Assembly: GCA_021613535.1 (NCBI GenBank) | Contig: CP075493.1 | Span: 9,114,001-9,178,000 of the forward strand | Direction of reading: 5' to 3' | DNA from: Adineta vaga | Lineage: Eukaryota > Animalia > Rotifera | DNA length: 64,000 nt | Shown here: positions 1 to 16,246 of the stretch, in pieces | How the letters are laid out: every line of letters starts with the position of its first letter | Numbering within the stretch: the first letter of the stretch is position 1 | Notes under the pieces: generated by a model | Databases searched by the model: none | Told to the model about the DNA's origin: nothing | The model's input: the letters and a program-made list of their open reading frames with translations, nothing else | Position numbers and translations under genes: made by a program

Positions 1-2488
<2,488 letters not shown>

Positions 2489-2690
2489 CCTTTTCTTCAC
2501 AGACAAAACAAAAATCCTATATATATTTTTTCTAGATGTTAACTTTTGAAATGATTGAAATAAATTGTGAATTAAATTAGGAAATTATTATTATTCGTTT
2601 GCTTTTTTTTTGTATTGTTTTCTCTTATCTAAATATAGACTATATTATCAAATAGAGATATATGTTTAATAGAAAAAGAACAACTAAGGA

Positions 2691-5507
2691 TTATTTTGTC
2701 CATCTTTTGAAAGGAAATCGTTGAGTAATTTGTTGATGATACCATTGACAGAATTTCGATTTGAATGATTCATGTAATTGAGCACGTGTTGCTTTGAAAT
2801 TTCTATTATGAAGATGAAATTTATGAATATCACCATCAGATATGTAAGAACTCGTTTCCATTATTGATGAAATTGGATCATCCTGAAAAGAGTGTTCTAA
2901 AAAATAGATTTCTGACATGTTCGAAAGACTTACCCAAACTTCTTTTAGATCAATATCAAAAAAAGGATATTCATGTGATAATTGTAACTAAAAATGAAAT
3001 CAATCGAAATCAAAACAACTACATTGTAAACAAATACAAACTTGAAGTTTATGTTTTCGAGTAGTATCAAATAATTCTCTAGGTTTTGTACAATCTAAAT
3101 AATGTTTATGATCTAGTGATTTTCAAAACAATTTCTGATCAATCTTACCGATTATTCGTTCATGAACACAACAAATATTACTACAAATATCAGTAGATGA
3201 AAGTGAATCATAACAAGTTTCATCGACTTCATGCAGTGGACATTGTATCAAACATGTATCACATGCCGCATATGAGCATTCACATGGTCCTGCTGATGAA
3301 AGATCATCTTGACCTAAAAATAAATCGACTATTATTTTGTAATATACAAAACATACATCGTTATGTACCTGAAGAATATCCTAGATCAGTTCGTGTACTT
3401 GAACAACGAATACATGATGTTGATGATGATGATGGACATGCATCACATAATACTGTTTGTTTTCCTGAAACATTTTTTAAGTATAGATAATTGATTGGAT
3501 AAAATTCAAATGATTTACCTAAATTTCCTTCATGGCATACACAATCTTGTGTAGAAACAGATGAAAATAATGTTTCTAATGAACTGGATAGTGGTATTTT
3601 GTATTCTTTCATAACTCGATGTGTTGCTGAACATTGAGATGCATATTGTATCAATGACGGACATGAGAGAGATTTAATTAAAGACATTGATGTTGTACTT
3701 GTTTGAATTGTTGATAAAGAATTTGTTCGTTCGTTACAATAATAAGATAAACAAGAATAACAAAAGCTATTTGTTCGACGACGAATTGATGGAAGTTTTA
3801 TTTGATTCATAACTTTTTTATCAATGGTATCAGCTATTTTCGTATCATTTTCCTAGATAGAACATATTTGAATGACTTGAATCTATCGAAAGAACAAACA
3901 ACGAAAATTTACTTCATGATTTTTCACTTGACGTCGAGCTTTCTTTTTCTTTGCTCGTTTTTGTTGTTTTTTCTGTAGTTGTATTTCATCTGCGATGCGA
4001 AATTCTTCACATAAATTTTCTAATTTTGTACTAAAATCTTGTTTACGATCAGCAGCTGTTTCAAAATCTAACACACAAATAAATTCAATCAATCGTATCG
4101 ATATCACAAAAACGATTCTTACTTAATCTTAAACAATCAATGGTTATATAAAATAATAATTGCCATGTTTGTTCTTCAGATCTTATTGTATGATAGATTT
4201 TATCAAATCGTTCAAAGAGATAAATTCCAATACATGTCAATACTTCTTCTTGTGCCACATCGAGCGTTTTAGCATGTCGTTCACGTTGACTACCATCAAT
4301 ATCAGGTTCAGCACGAGCGATTAAACTACCAATTAAATCTTTATTGCTATCAATATGAATATGTTTATCATTCGTACACGATCGTAAACCTAGAAATTAA
4401 AATCTATGTTTAATCATCATTGAAATATTGTCATGAGTGTCTTAGAAAGTATGTTCATCAATACAGTATTAGAGTAAGAATGATTGTGCTTTGAACATGT
4501 AAACTAACCTGCATATAAATTCGGACAAAATCCATTTCTTTGTGAATTTGTATGACTACAATTATGAATTAAAAGTTCGAATGCTTCAAATACTTTGACT
4601 TTGCATTCCGAACAAAATCTATAAAAGACAAATACCTATCAAGAGAAGAAAATGAATGAAGAGTTTATCATACTTATGTTTACGTAAATAATTCTCTAAT
4701 GTATGATTTAAACAATTATTTTCGACTAGAGTGACTTCATCTCGACATTCTTTATTCATTAAATCCCAAACAATTTCCCAATTTCTATGAAAAACAAATC
4801 CTATCATTTAAACTAATCAATATCGAGCATCTTACGTAATCGATTTCGTTTTTTCCAGAAGATGAAAATTACATCGACGACTCTTCTTAGATTTTGGAAT
4901 ACTTTCAATAAACGAATGAAATTTTGATCTAAATCAAATCATCAATAAAATCATATTCTAAATGTGTTTTCTTCTTACCCATGTGTATAAAATAATGTAT
5001 AAATATTTTCTAAACTTTTACTAAACGAATCTTTTATGGTAAAAACGTCATTGTTATTGAGCATAAGTGGTTCAAGTGCTGGATGATGATATTCAATTAA
5101 TGATTTAAGAAAATTATCAATACTATGAATTAGACGATAAGAAAGTATTCTCTAAAGAAATGAAAACAAACCTTGTTCGACAACCAATACATGATACACA
5201 ACGTGGAATATATTCTTTAATTTGATTGATTGGTACTGATAGAGCAGCTTCTAATTCTTCGGAAGTTAATTTTTGATAAGTTTTAATAAATGTTTCATAA
5301 GTTTTGCTTTTTTTATTAATATGACATGTGTGCATAGGGAGAAATGTATCATCAAATTGCAGTTTCATCTAATCAAAAAGATACAAATCTTTTTCGAATA
5401 AACATGAAATTTCTTACAAGAAAATCGTCATCAATATTGATTGGAATTTGACGTTTATCGAACGATGCGATCTCTTCTTTCGAACAAACTGCTACTAAAT
5501 GAGCCAT
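2691..5507 (-). CDS. GGNBP2: Gametogenetin-binding protein 2 homolog (multi-exon)
   Basis: Start MAHLVAVC..FDKRQIPINIDD at 5507; CVSCIGCR, PALEPL, LFYTHGSK, IPKSKKSRRC, WDLMNKECRDEV, LENYLRKHKFC, ERHAKTLDVAQEEVLTCIGI and C-terminal LHESFKSKF, all collinear with GGNBP2. Confidence 0.92.
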
Positions 5508-6480
5508 TATTTTCGTCGATGATTGACAAGAACGAGAATCACAATTCCGCATTTGTGATCTGAAAGATAAATTAAGATTTTCTAGGTAATTGTTTGGACT
5601 TTGAAACGGACAATTTGATACAAAACACGTGATTGGATAGAAAACAATCGTACATATGTATATGTGGCAGCACAAGTTAGAAGAATCCAAAAGATAAGCA
5701 CGAGAAAATATGGACACCAATACAATAATACATACATTGATTTTTCTATTCGAAAACAACAAAAGCGAACGAACAGGATTGGTTAATTGATAAAATCAGT
5801 TATTCATTCAAATAATACAGAAAGAAATATTTTTTTGCATTAATCAACATAAACGTTTACCTCGAATTTCATTGCAACAAATAGAAATGAAAGTGTGTAT
5901 ATTTTTAACATATTTTAAAAGATAAATCAACGCATATATATTTATGTAAAATTTATATGAAGATTTATTAGAGAAAAACTCTATAAGTAAAATAAGTACT
6001 TCCCCAATTGCTGTAATTCATCTAGTATAGTATACAAACTATCTAAAGACATATCGATATATCAAATAATATCTAAACTAGACTATATTTATTTAGCTTA
6101 TTTCAACAGGAAATTACAAAATTCCATCGATTCTTTGAATAATAAAATTTTTTTTAATCAGCGTACCATGTTGATTGTTATCAGTTAAATATATATCTTC
6201 AAATAATGTATACAACGTGTAAGTATGCATGTACGTTTCTATTTTTTTTCAGCGATTGATATCTACTGATTTGAAGAGAGTAATCAATATTCGGTATAAA
6301 TCGAAACATTTAATGATTCGTTTTTTTTCTATCATTAACCTCGTACTTACATTTATGTCAAGGATGATAATGATTGTAGGAAAAGAAACTGTACATGTGA
6401 ATCTCAAAAAAGAGACAGAAAGAGAGAGAGAGAGACAAGACACTCACACACGCGCAAAAATAAATATAAAAAAGAAAAGA

Positions 6481-9400
6481 TTAAATTTCCATTAAATCTT
6501 TCGTTTCACTTGGTTGTTGTTGTTGAGTTGATCGAATTGTTGCTCGAATATATTCCAGTTTAGTTCTTATGCGTGAATCTAAATTTGGATTTTCATCAAT
6601 AATATCAGTAAGATCAAACAAAGATGGTAAAACAGTTGTTGTTAAAAGATGATTAATTTGATTTGTTTGATTTCGATGTTCATCAATTTTACTTTCGATT
6701 ATATTCATACGATTTAATAATGTTCTACTTAAATCCGTAATCATTAATTTAATATCAGAGATGTCATTCGATGATCCGATGATTGTATCATCATTTGATA
6801 ATGATCTATTTTGTGGACTTTTAAGTAATGTTTCCAACTCATCAATATTTCTATCAGGTGATATTAATACTTCTGAATGAGTTGATATGTAACTTATTGG
6901 TTGTGATTTGATTTGTTGAATAGGTACTGGAAGTATAATTGATGATGTATTTGGTTGAGAATGAAAGATTGATGAGCCAATTGATTTTGAAATATTGTGT
7001 TGATCAATTAGGTTAAGTTTTGCTTCATCAGATTCGATCTCAGATAATTTTACAGATGTTTCATTATTTGTTGATAGTGAAATATTTGTACTCGCTGTTT
7101 CTGTATCACTACTTTGAGTTGCACCATTTGATTTATTTGGATTTTTTAATGCATTTTTTAGTAGTGCATCGAGATGTTTCAAACTATCTAGCATCTAAAA
7201 AAAGAATGAATGAATGATAAATAGAAATTAATTGAGGGTGTAGGTAGATTTTTATTTACAGGTGGTTGATTTGGTAATGACGCATCTGATGGTAAAGACG
7301 ATTGTATTGCGTCGAGTGTATGTGGAGGAGAAATAGGTATATGACTATTTTCGATAGTCTCTATTGGTACTGCTGTAGTTGATGTTGAAATTGTTGCCGT
7401 TGCAGGAGAAGTGGAAGAAGGAGGAGGTATCAATTGCTTGAGAGAATCACTGGCTAAAGTTGTATTAATAAGATGTGGAGTGGATACTATAGTCGAATAA
7501 GGATAACTCGATGGTGTTTGTGTTAAAAGAAGAGGATTTTGTAAAACGTGTTGTTGCTGATGGTTGTTTAGCATCGTTGTTGGTTGCGATTGTGTTTGTG
7601 ACATTGATGGTATCTTTGATTGAAAAATATCTAATTGAAAGACAAGAAAAAGAGATAAAAATTGATGTTACGTATGACGTCTTACTTTGTGTTACGTCGG
7701 AAGTAACTACACCTGCGGATTCTTTGACTTGTCGTTGATCGTCATTTCCCAATCGTATAACTGATGAATCATCTTGAACCATTATCGGTGTTGGTGGTTC
7801 GCTAATATCATTCGTAATAGTCGATGCTGTACTTATACTTTGTGATGTTTTAGTTTTATTGAACAATGTTATTTTTAACGCTGCATCTAACTTTTCCAAA
7901 CTGCCACCAGAACCCGATACACTTGAACTCAATTCTGCAACTGGAGCGATAGGTATTGGTTCTGTTGCAACAATAGGTTTTGTCATCGATGGTGGTGGTA
8001 TTTGTTGTTGTTGTTGTTGATGTGGTTGTGTTATATCAACTAGCGGTTGAGCAAGAATCGTCGGTGTTGGCGTGATTATAGGTTTTAATGTTGTCTGTTG
8101 TTGAGTGGCGACGGGTGTAGCCGTTTGTTGTGCAATTGGTGTGGTTACATGTTGCTGTTGTGGATGTGAAACAATAGAAGACTGAGGAGTATGATTAACA
8201 ATCAGTTTTGAATTTGGACAAAAGACTCCAGCTTTTCGATCAATTTGTTCATTTTGATAAGCTCGAAATCGATCTTTAATCGATTGTATAACAAACTTTT
8301 TATCATCTTCTAAGATATATTTTTTTTCAATGAGTTCATTAGCAATTTGTTCTGGCGTTTCATTCTTATAATTGAAATGAAAACGAATAGCTTCATGTTC
8401 TGTCCATAGAGTTTTTCGTTTTGATTTATCGGTAATTTTCAATTTTAAATCAATTGAATTATTTGTTTCGTTCACTTGTAGATCATCGTTTGAATCGCGT
8501 ACAAACTCAATTCTTAAACCGATATCATCGAGAAAAAATGAATGTTGTAGTAATTCATGCACAGATAATCGTTCAGATTTATTCGTACGTATACAACAAT
8601 CGATGACTTCTCGTACATCTTCATGTTCAACTTTATAATAACAATCTGGTTTTAAACCAGCAGTAACACGTTTAATCACAGCTGTTGGACCTTTACATTC
8701 AATATATGGATATTCACCGGTAATCATTTCTAACATACATAAGCCAAATGAATAAATATCAACAAGTTCATCATATTGTTCATCAAACATTTCCGGTGCC
8801 ATAAATTCCATTGTACCACGCATACTTTTAGCAAATGTTTGAGTTTTAAATGTTGCTAAACCTAAATCACCAATCTTAACGCAACCTGTTGTACTTGATA
8901 TAAATACATTGTCACATTTTAAATCACGATGTATAACCGGTGGATTTCGACTATGTAAATAAGCGAGACCTTTAAGTATTTGACGACACCATTTTTTCAT
9001 AACATTGATACGTTTTTCTTCCTTTTGTCCTTTAAAATTACGAATGTATCTGTAAAGAAAGAGAAGAAAAGAAAAACAAATGATATTATTAACTTCTTGC
9101 TATCTCGTTTTTACCCTTTTAAAGAACCAGATGTCATTAATTCTGTTACAAGAATAATCACTTTCTTGTTTGTTCGTGGATTTGTTTCTTCCCAAAAATC
9201 ATAAAAACGTACAATATTTGGATGTTGTAATTTTTTTAACATTTCAGCCTCTTCTTTGAAACGAGCACGTTCATGTTTATCAAATTGTGCAAAATCCTAT
9301 TAGGGAAACAAAGTTGTCATCAAATGAAAATGAAACTTTGTCTTACTTGCAATTCACACCAAGCAACAGCTACACTTGCTTCGGTATCCAAACCACGATA

Positions 9401-11005
9401 GACCGTTTTAAAAGCACCACGTCCAATTTCTTTTGCATATTTAATAAAACGTCCATCAGGACTTTTAGCAATTGCTTCTCCTTCTTCGTCATCCTAAAAG
9501 TAAAATCAACTTTGTTCTTTAGAACTGAGAATATTCTATTATTTGTATGATCAAATCATAGTCTTGATATTCGAAAACTTACTTCTCCTTGAGCACAAAT
9601 TGTTGATAATGAGGGAGCTGGGGTTGATAACGTTGTTGTAGGCACTGATTGATTTGAGCGTTTTTCTTCTTCAACTATCGATTCTTGTTTTCCATGCGTA
9701 TTAACCTGAAAACGAACATGATGATGATCATTTTCAGTTGTATTCGACACCGAAAGACCATTATGAATAACATTACTGGAATTTGCTGATGTATTTTCGA
9801 CATCTGCAGTCGATGTATTAGTATTTTTTCTTTCGATAATTGATCGTTTCAATTGTGAACTTGATGATTGATTAGGCGTAGAAGTCTCATCCTCATTAAT
9901 AGGAGATGATCTTGCTTGATTTACATTAGCTAATAAAATTTGTTGTTGTTGAGATTTACGTATTGATTTCACTTGAAATCGATTCGGTTTTTTACTGAAA
10001 GATTGATTTCCCGTTGGAGTTATTGTTGAATTCGGTGTTGATTTTCCATCGAGATCATCTAATGGATGATAACAATGATACGTTTTCGTCATATCATCAT
10101 CTGTTGTTGTTGGACTTGTCATCTGATCGGATTTTCTTGCTAATGAAGATTTCGTTTTCCAATCACTATTTCCATTTAAAATCGAATTGCAATCACGACG
10201 TTCTTTATCATCATTTATTGAACTTGAATCAACCTGTCGATCATTCTTTTCATTGATATGTTCTGTTTTCCGAGTTTTTTGCATTCGACGACATTTTTTC
10301 GTTCTATTCGAATTCTCACCCTCGGATTCATCAGCATCACCATCATCGTCTACGTATCGAAAAGTTAACTGTTTTTCATCATCTTCAGAACTGATTTGAG
10401 TTTGAACAGCAACAGGATCTGTCGACATTGTTTTGATATTTGTATGTGTAAGAATGTGAGCAATACGACGAGTTGTTGGTGATTGAAATCCATTTTGAGA
10501 CTAAAGAAGAAACACAAATGTAAACAAAAGAAATCAATGCAACTTCTGATATGATAAAACAAAATGAACAGAGACGAATGATACCTTTTTATGAACTTCT
10601 GTTGAAATCTGTATCTATGAAAATAGGATTTTCAATCGAATAGTTTTTGTCGAAAGGTTATACCTTTTGTTCATTATGATTATTGATTTGTTCGGGTGAA
10701 GCTGGAGCAATAGCATGAAAAATAAGTGGTGGTGATGGTGAATGTTCTGTTGATTGTGCACTCGTTGTTTGCTCAGATGAATGACTTGATTTAAGTTTTG
10801 AATGAAAAAAATGATTCAATTGTAACGTTCGTTTTTTAAATTGATTGCTAAAACCATTTGTCGTGGAATTATTTGGTAGAAAACTTGCTGTACTTAATGG
10901 TTTTTTAATACTTATTCGACTGCTTCTTGTTTCTGTCATGGTATTTACAGAAGGACTACTTGATAATTTGGATTTAATATTTCGTAATGATGATTTTGTC
11001 GTCAT
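6481..11005 (-). CDS. WNK: WNK (with-no-lysine) serine/threonine kinase (multi-exon)
   Basis: [33 protein letters not shown] (WNK-type Lys in the Gly loop), [50 protein letters not shown], then a PF2-like autoinhibitory segment (EAIRFHF), a Q/P/T-rich region and a C-terminal coiled coil. Exon 11005-10664 and a 30-nt exon 10614-10585 splice in frame to the MSTDPV exon. The 5' end is uncertain; further upstream exons are possible. Confidence 0.93.
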
Positions 11006-14000
11006 GTAAAAAAAGAAGTGAAGATTATATTAGACAATCTGACGAGAAATACTTTTAAAGATTTTCTTTGATCAGCCAAAGAAAATCCATAGTATTTTAT
11101 ATAAAAATAAATGATTGAAGTCAAATCTATGAATAAGAGAAATATTTCATCAGAAAACAAATCTAAAATAAATACAAAGAAGAAAGATATTAAATATAGA
11201 ACTGGTTTTTATCTCTGACGAGAATAAGTTAAAAATAGACGATTAAGTTTTGTTTTTTCTTTCGAAAAAAAAGAGAGAAAACATTACCAATTATTTTCAG
11301 TGGAAAAAGATTATAGTTGACTTTGGAAATTCCCTCACGTATTAGGAAAATATCGCTATGATTGATAATAACTTATCTTTTTTTCATTCTGTGTCTTTTT
11401 CTTCTTGCTTTTTATTTCTACTCGATGTTGTTGTTTTTTATGTCGCATTTTTGTACGAAATGTGTACGCATGACGTCATTATTTTTATGAGTTATAGATA
11501 AAAATATCGTTTGAAATGTGAATAGGAAGAGAGTTTGATTACATACGAAATGAAAAGTGCAACATTTAATGTCATATCTTTTTTAATAAGAAATGTGTTA
11601 CGTTTCTATTTTGCTTCTCATTTTTTTTTGAAATATTACATATACGCAGCAAGCAAAGGATTGCTATAATCTCATAAGCTTCGAAGATTATGGTATAAAA
11701 TAAAACAACTGAAAAAGAAGAGAACTCTCTGATCAAGCAATAACATTTTGTCCAAATGGAAAGATCAAAGATCAAACTTGGAATTATCCAATTGGATAAC
11801 ATGTTTCAGAGAGGCCGCTATGTAACATCTGTCTGTTTCTTCTATCTCTTGAGATCGTATTTCATCATTCAGCGAACAGAAGAATAAGAAATTCTTTTCT
11901 TACATTCTTTTGTAATGCACTTGCATTCCATTGAATCAAAAACAACAGCTGATATTAATATTCTTCTAATCGACAATATAAACATGCATTTACAGACTAT
12001 ATTGTCTTTTGTCACAAAATGTGTTTTTTTTTTGTAAGAACACCTACGCATTTCTCTCAGGCAATGATTATAAAATTTGACTAATCGAATGAACGAGTAC
12101 TATGTACTGAATTTTATCACATATTATATCTCTCGCCCTTTTCTTCTCAATCGATAGAAAATTAGTAATGTCACGTAGCATATTTCGAAGTCTAATTAAA
12201 AATTGTTGTCGACATCTTTTTTGTTTTGCATGACATTTCTGCAATGGCAAAGGATGCGAAACAATATGGCAAAAGTAATTATGCGTTAATCTCTTCTTCC
12301 TCTATCTTAAGAATACAATGACCCTTTTTACATAAGAATTATATCTTCATAGAAAACGTATCTTTTATAACAAACTATATTGATACTAAACAGAGTAATC
12401 TCAAATAAGAATAATAACAATAACTACTATTTTACACATTTTTTCTTAATTTTAAATTGTTTTTTTTTCGTTAAACGTTTGCATTAACTATATTTTAATC
12501 GAAAAAACGGATAACGTATTTGATTACAATACTTACAAGGTAAATACCTATTGCACGTCTGTACTTATATTTACTTTGTTTTTCTTTTGTTTTTATCACA
12601 TGTCGTAGGTACATAAAGTAAGAAAAAACATCATGCGAACTATGTCATCCTATTCGAGCAGTCACAAGTTAGATCATCTGATTTTCTTCTGTAATCTTTC
12701 ATCTATAAATAAGAAAAGAAGTAAATATTCTATTGATGGAAAAGCGACAGAAAAAAAAACAACGTTAATCAAAAAATAAAAGCGTCCTGTTTTGTCGAGA
12801 CTATTTTTTCTCCTTCTCTCATTATTTATGATCTCTTTTTTACGAAATTCTTCCTATCAAGCAGATACAAATAATCATATAGTCTATGAAATGAATGAAT
12901 AAATCCTTGGAAGTGTAGATAAATTTTGTATGTTTTATGGTAAGAATCAATAATAATTTCTTTTGAAGAATACATACGGATTTTAGCTACAAATGTTTTC
13001 CATAATTGTGTCGAATAAATCAACTGAGTCTGCTAGTCTATATACTAGAAGTCAAACAAGAGAAAAAGCAAAAGAAAAAAAAATAGAACTATCCATTTAT
13101 CTGTATTATCTTCTGAATAATTCTTCGAGCTACATCAACGTTTATAAGAAGACATTCTTGTTGTTACTGTCGCCGTCGATGTCTGTCTAGACTGTTAAAG
13201 AGAAAAAAACGATGTGTATAGAGGACAAAGTTCTTCTGCTCGGCAAATTAAATGTTCTAGAAACAGGTCAACTTACGGTTATCTGTGATTTATCAGATAG
13301 AATGCTACTCTGTGTCGAATATATTTGAAAGTAATAAAAGCAAATCAATATTCTTTTTTTCTCTTTCATATATCAAAATATAAAATAAAACATAATATGG
13401 GTCCTGTAAAAAGATAAAAAGAAAGTCGTATTTCAGAATTCTAAGAATAAAACTCAGATTTTTTCATTCATCGAGGCATTGATAAATTTTTACGCAGTAG
13501 GTCCTTTTGTCTCTTTTTTTAACATTTGCACTTACTTAATGATTCACAGCATGTCGAGGGTAATATAAATATCTATACGCGATTTGATCATCTATTGATT
13601 TATTCATTCGTATGGAAGATAACTTAGATTAACGAAAATTTCCCAGAGCCAGATCAACATCAAGCTCGAATAACGAATGTTCGTATTTCTCAATATTTGA
13701 CTTGTAATGAACTAGAAAAAGAAATAAATATGTCTATATGTACTTCCTATGAAAGAGAATCATTTGTTTGACATTTTTGTTTTCGGTAATAAATATCCAG
13801 AGAACTTTGTTTTCTTTACTCGTTCTCGTGACTGATGACGTCGATCGAATACATATACATATATATGTATACAATTGCCACATACATACATATAGCGACG
13901 TTTTTTATCCCCTGTATATTTGCATAACAATACTCACTTGGCAGTAGTCCAATGAGACATAATCATCGATGGTGTGTGCGAAAGATTGATAAATAAATAA

Positions 14001-15307
14001 TGTTGAGATCCTATAGGCGACCTTTACAAAAGATCGAAACAAAACTCAGTTTCACAGATGTTCACAGCGAAAAGAATATTAATCTCGACGTCATAGAGAT
14101 ACTTTCTCTATTTACTAAATGAGACGTCATTGTATTGTTTACTAAATCGATAAGAAATACCTTTTGAAATGATTTCTTTTACTTGATTAATAATCATCAT
14201 ACTTGAAATTGTATTTTTCGTTTTTCTTTCTAAATCAATGTAACAGAAAGCAGAATACATTTGATTAATAAAAATCAATAGTTCTTTTGGAGAAAATTTC
14301 GTTAGTAATTCAATCGTGATGGCTAATGTAAAATGAGTTTTTAGAAATAATATTATCGCAGTGAGTTACAATCGAATCTATTCAATCTATATCAGCCAAT
14401 CATTTTCAGTATTAAAATAATCGATTCCTAATTTCCAAAGGATTTCAATAAAGCATTCATATAGTTAGAAATTTCCATAAGGATTGCATTATTCGAATGG
14501 TATTATATAGTACCACAGTTCTTTTCCTTCCGATATTCTCTGATGAATGAATTTGATTCTATTTATTGATGTAATATCAGCATGAGTGTTGTAACTGAAT
14601 TTCTAATGTTGTAATCAATCGTAAAAGTCGCGTTAAGATAAAATATGATATACATACGTTTATTCAAGAAAATGTTTCCTTATTTCTCTGTTATTTTTCG
14701 AAAGAAGATATATCAAATTTCTACTTTTCCAAAATTGATACTACGCATTTTTTTTGTCTAAGTATGGATTAGTTTTCGAGATAATATTGATATTGATTAG
14801 AATTAGACTTGTATCTATAAGAGAAATCTTATACTTCTAAATCAATTCTTGCTTTTCTTCCATTGAACATCTTTCAATATTTTATAGAAACAATTATTAT
14901 GCACTGATTTCTACTCTTGAAATCATTCAATCATTGACAAATAAAATGCACTATTGTCAATTATATCATTTTTTCTTAGAAGTCATTTCTTTCTCCGTGA
15001 TTTACAATGACAACTAATTATTGTACTAAACTAAAGGTATAAATCAATAAATGCGTCTATATATATATAAATATTATCTTTGAGTGTAAACAAGGTCATT
15101 ATCGTGCTTTTGAATATTTGTACTTTAAGTTGATAAATGAGATATGAATAAATCTATATTGAGATCTTAGTATGATACTCTCCATCGTCTGTTTCCATTT
15201 CTCATAACCTTTAGCAATCATGAGAATTATTTTATTCGATATAATTAGACTCTGTTCAAACGTTTGAATATGAATTTGGAGAAAGTTTAAATATGAAACA
15301 AACAATA

Positions 15308-16246
15308 TTAGTATATTTTCGTAATAAACAAAAATGTACACGTAAAAATAGAAAATTTCAATGATGAAAATAATCGTGAAGAAATTGAATTGAGATATGG
15401 TTGAAAATGATCAGCAATTATTTGATGTATAGTACTTGTAAAATGATAATCATCAAGAAAAACATATGTATCAGGATTTATACATTGTGAAACAATAGTC
15501 TTATTTGATATATACCAACATTTATCTGTTGTATTTAAGTGATATAATGATTGATTTGAGAGTATTGTTGTTAATAAGGAATTAACATCAAATAATTCTA
15601 TAGATGTTTGAGGATATTCCAATTGAATTTGAGTTATATTTGATAATAAACAGTGATTATGTTCCGTTATTAAATTATATAAACGTGAATCGTTCATCAT
15701 TCCAGGATAGAGTTGTAAGGGAGGAATATTAAAAATAACCAATTGATTTATTCCAAGAACAAGTAAATCATAAACTGCAGTTAGAAAAGTCTTCACTACA
15801 ACATGTGAAGATACATTGGAATTAATTAAATATTCATTTCCACTTGCCCAAAGTATATAAAGTGTATGAGATAAATCGACTGTATTAATTTCATTGGCTG
15901 CTAAATAAGAAACAATTTGTTGACGAATACCAGGAACCTCTGTTCGATTCATTTCTGTATAACCGATAAATAAATTATCATTATCAATCGTTGCATCACC
16001 ATAAGCAAAGTTTTTCAAGGTTGGAATATTAAGTCTATCAATCCAAATAAGATTGTTTGAAAACCGACCTTGATAATAAGGTGGAACTAAAGGCCACCGA
16101 TTATTCGTTAAACGATATACGTTTCCTGTATCGGTATTTGCATCGCCAAAGGTCACCACTGTATTGAATATATGATTAGATTTGTTACTTTGAACAGTAT
16201 CAATTAGAATAAGAATGAAAAGAAGATTTAATTTTGTGAAAGACAT
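15308..16246 (-). CDS. Secreted GDSL/SGNH hydrolase-like protein, Ala at the catalytic Ser, probable GPI-type tail; intronless
   Basis: Signal peptide; block I VVTFGDANTDTGN; YQGRFSN; block II NFAYGDAT; block III LYILWASGNEY; block V FLDDYHFT; hydrophobic C-terminus. Confidence 0.85.
   Translation of the reverse strand: MSFTKLNLLFILILIDTVQSNKSNHIFNTVVTFGDANTDTGNVYRLTNNRWPLVPPYYQGRFSNNLIWIDRLNIPTLKNFAYGDATIDNDNLFIGYTEMNRTEVPGIRQQIVSYLAANEINTVDLSHTLYILWASGNEYLINSNVSSHVVVKTFLTAVYDLLVLGINQLVIFNIPPLQLYPGMMNDSRLYNLITEHNHCLLSNITQIQLEYPQTSIELFDVNSLLTTILSNQSLYHLNTTDKCWYISNKTIVSQCINPDTYVFLDDYHFTSTIHQIIADHFQPYLNSISSRLFSSLKFSIFTCTFLFITKIY

Noticed and set aside
7465-7685. C-terminal extension of the 511-aa WNK ORF as a separate isoform end
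   Set aside because: It reads through a normal intron (gtaaga donor ~7685, acceptor ~7614); the spliced frame continues into the 7604-7188 and 7194-6481 ORFs.
12520-12548. gattacaatacttacaag|gtaaat loosely resembles a spliced-leader exon plus donor
   Set aside because: Several mismatches to the bdelloid SL sequence as I recall it, and no clear Sm site or stem-loops. On the minus strand it reads as an ordinary gtaagt donor, perhaps of a WNK 5' exon.
11006-15300. Several 60-80 aa ORFs in the long region upstream of WNK
   Set aside because: Low-complexity F/I/K/L-rich translations typical of AT-rich non-coding DNA; probably WNK 5' introns or regulatory sequence.
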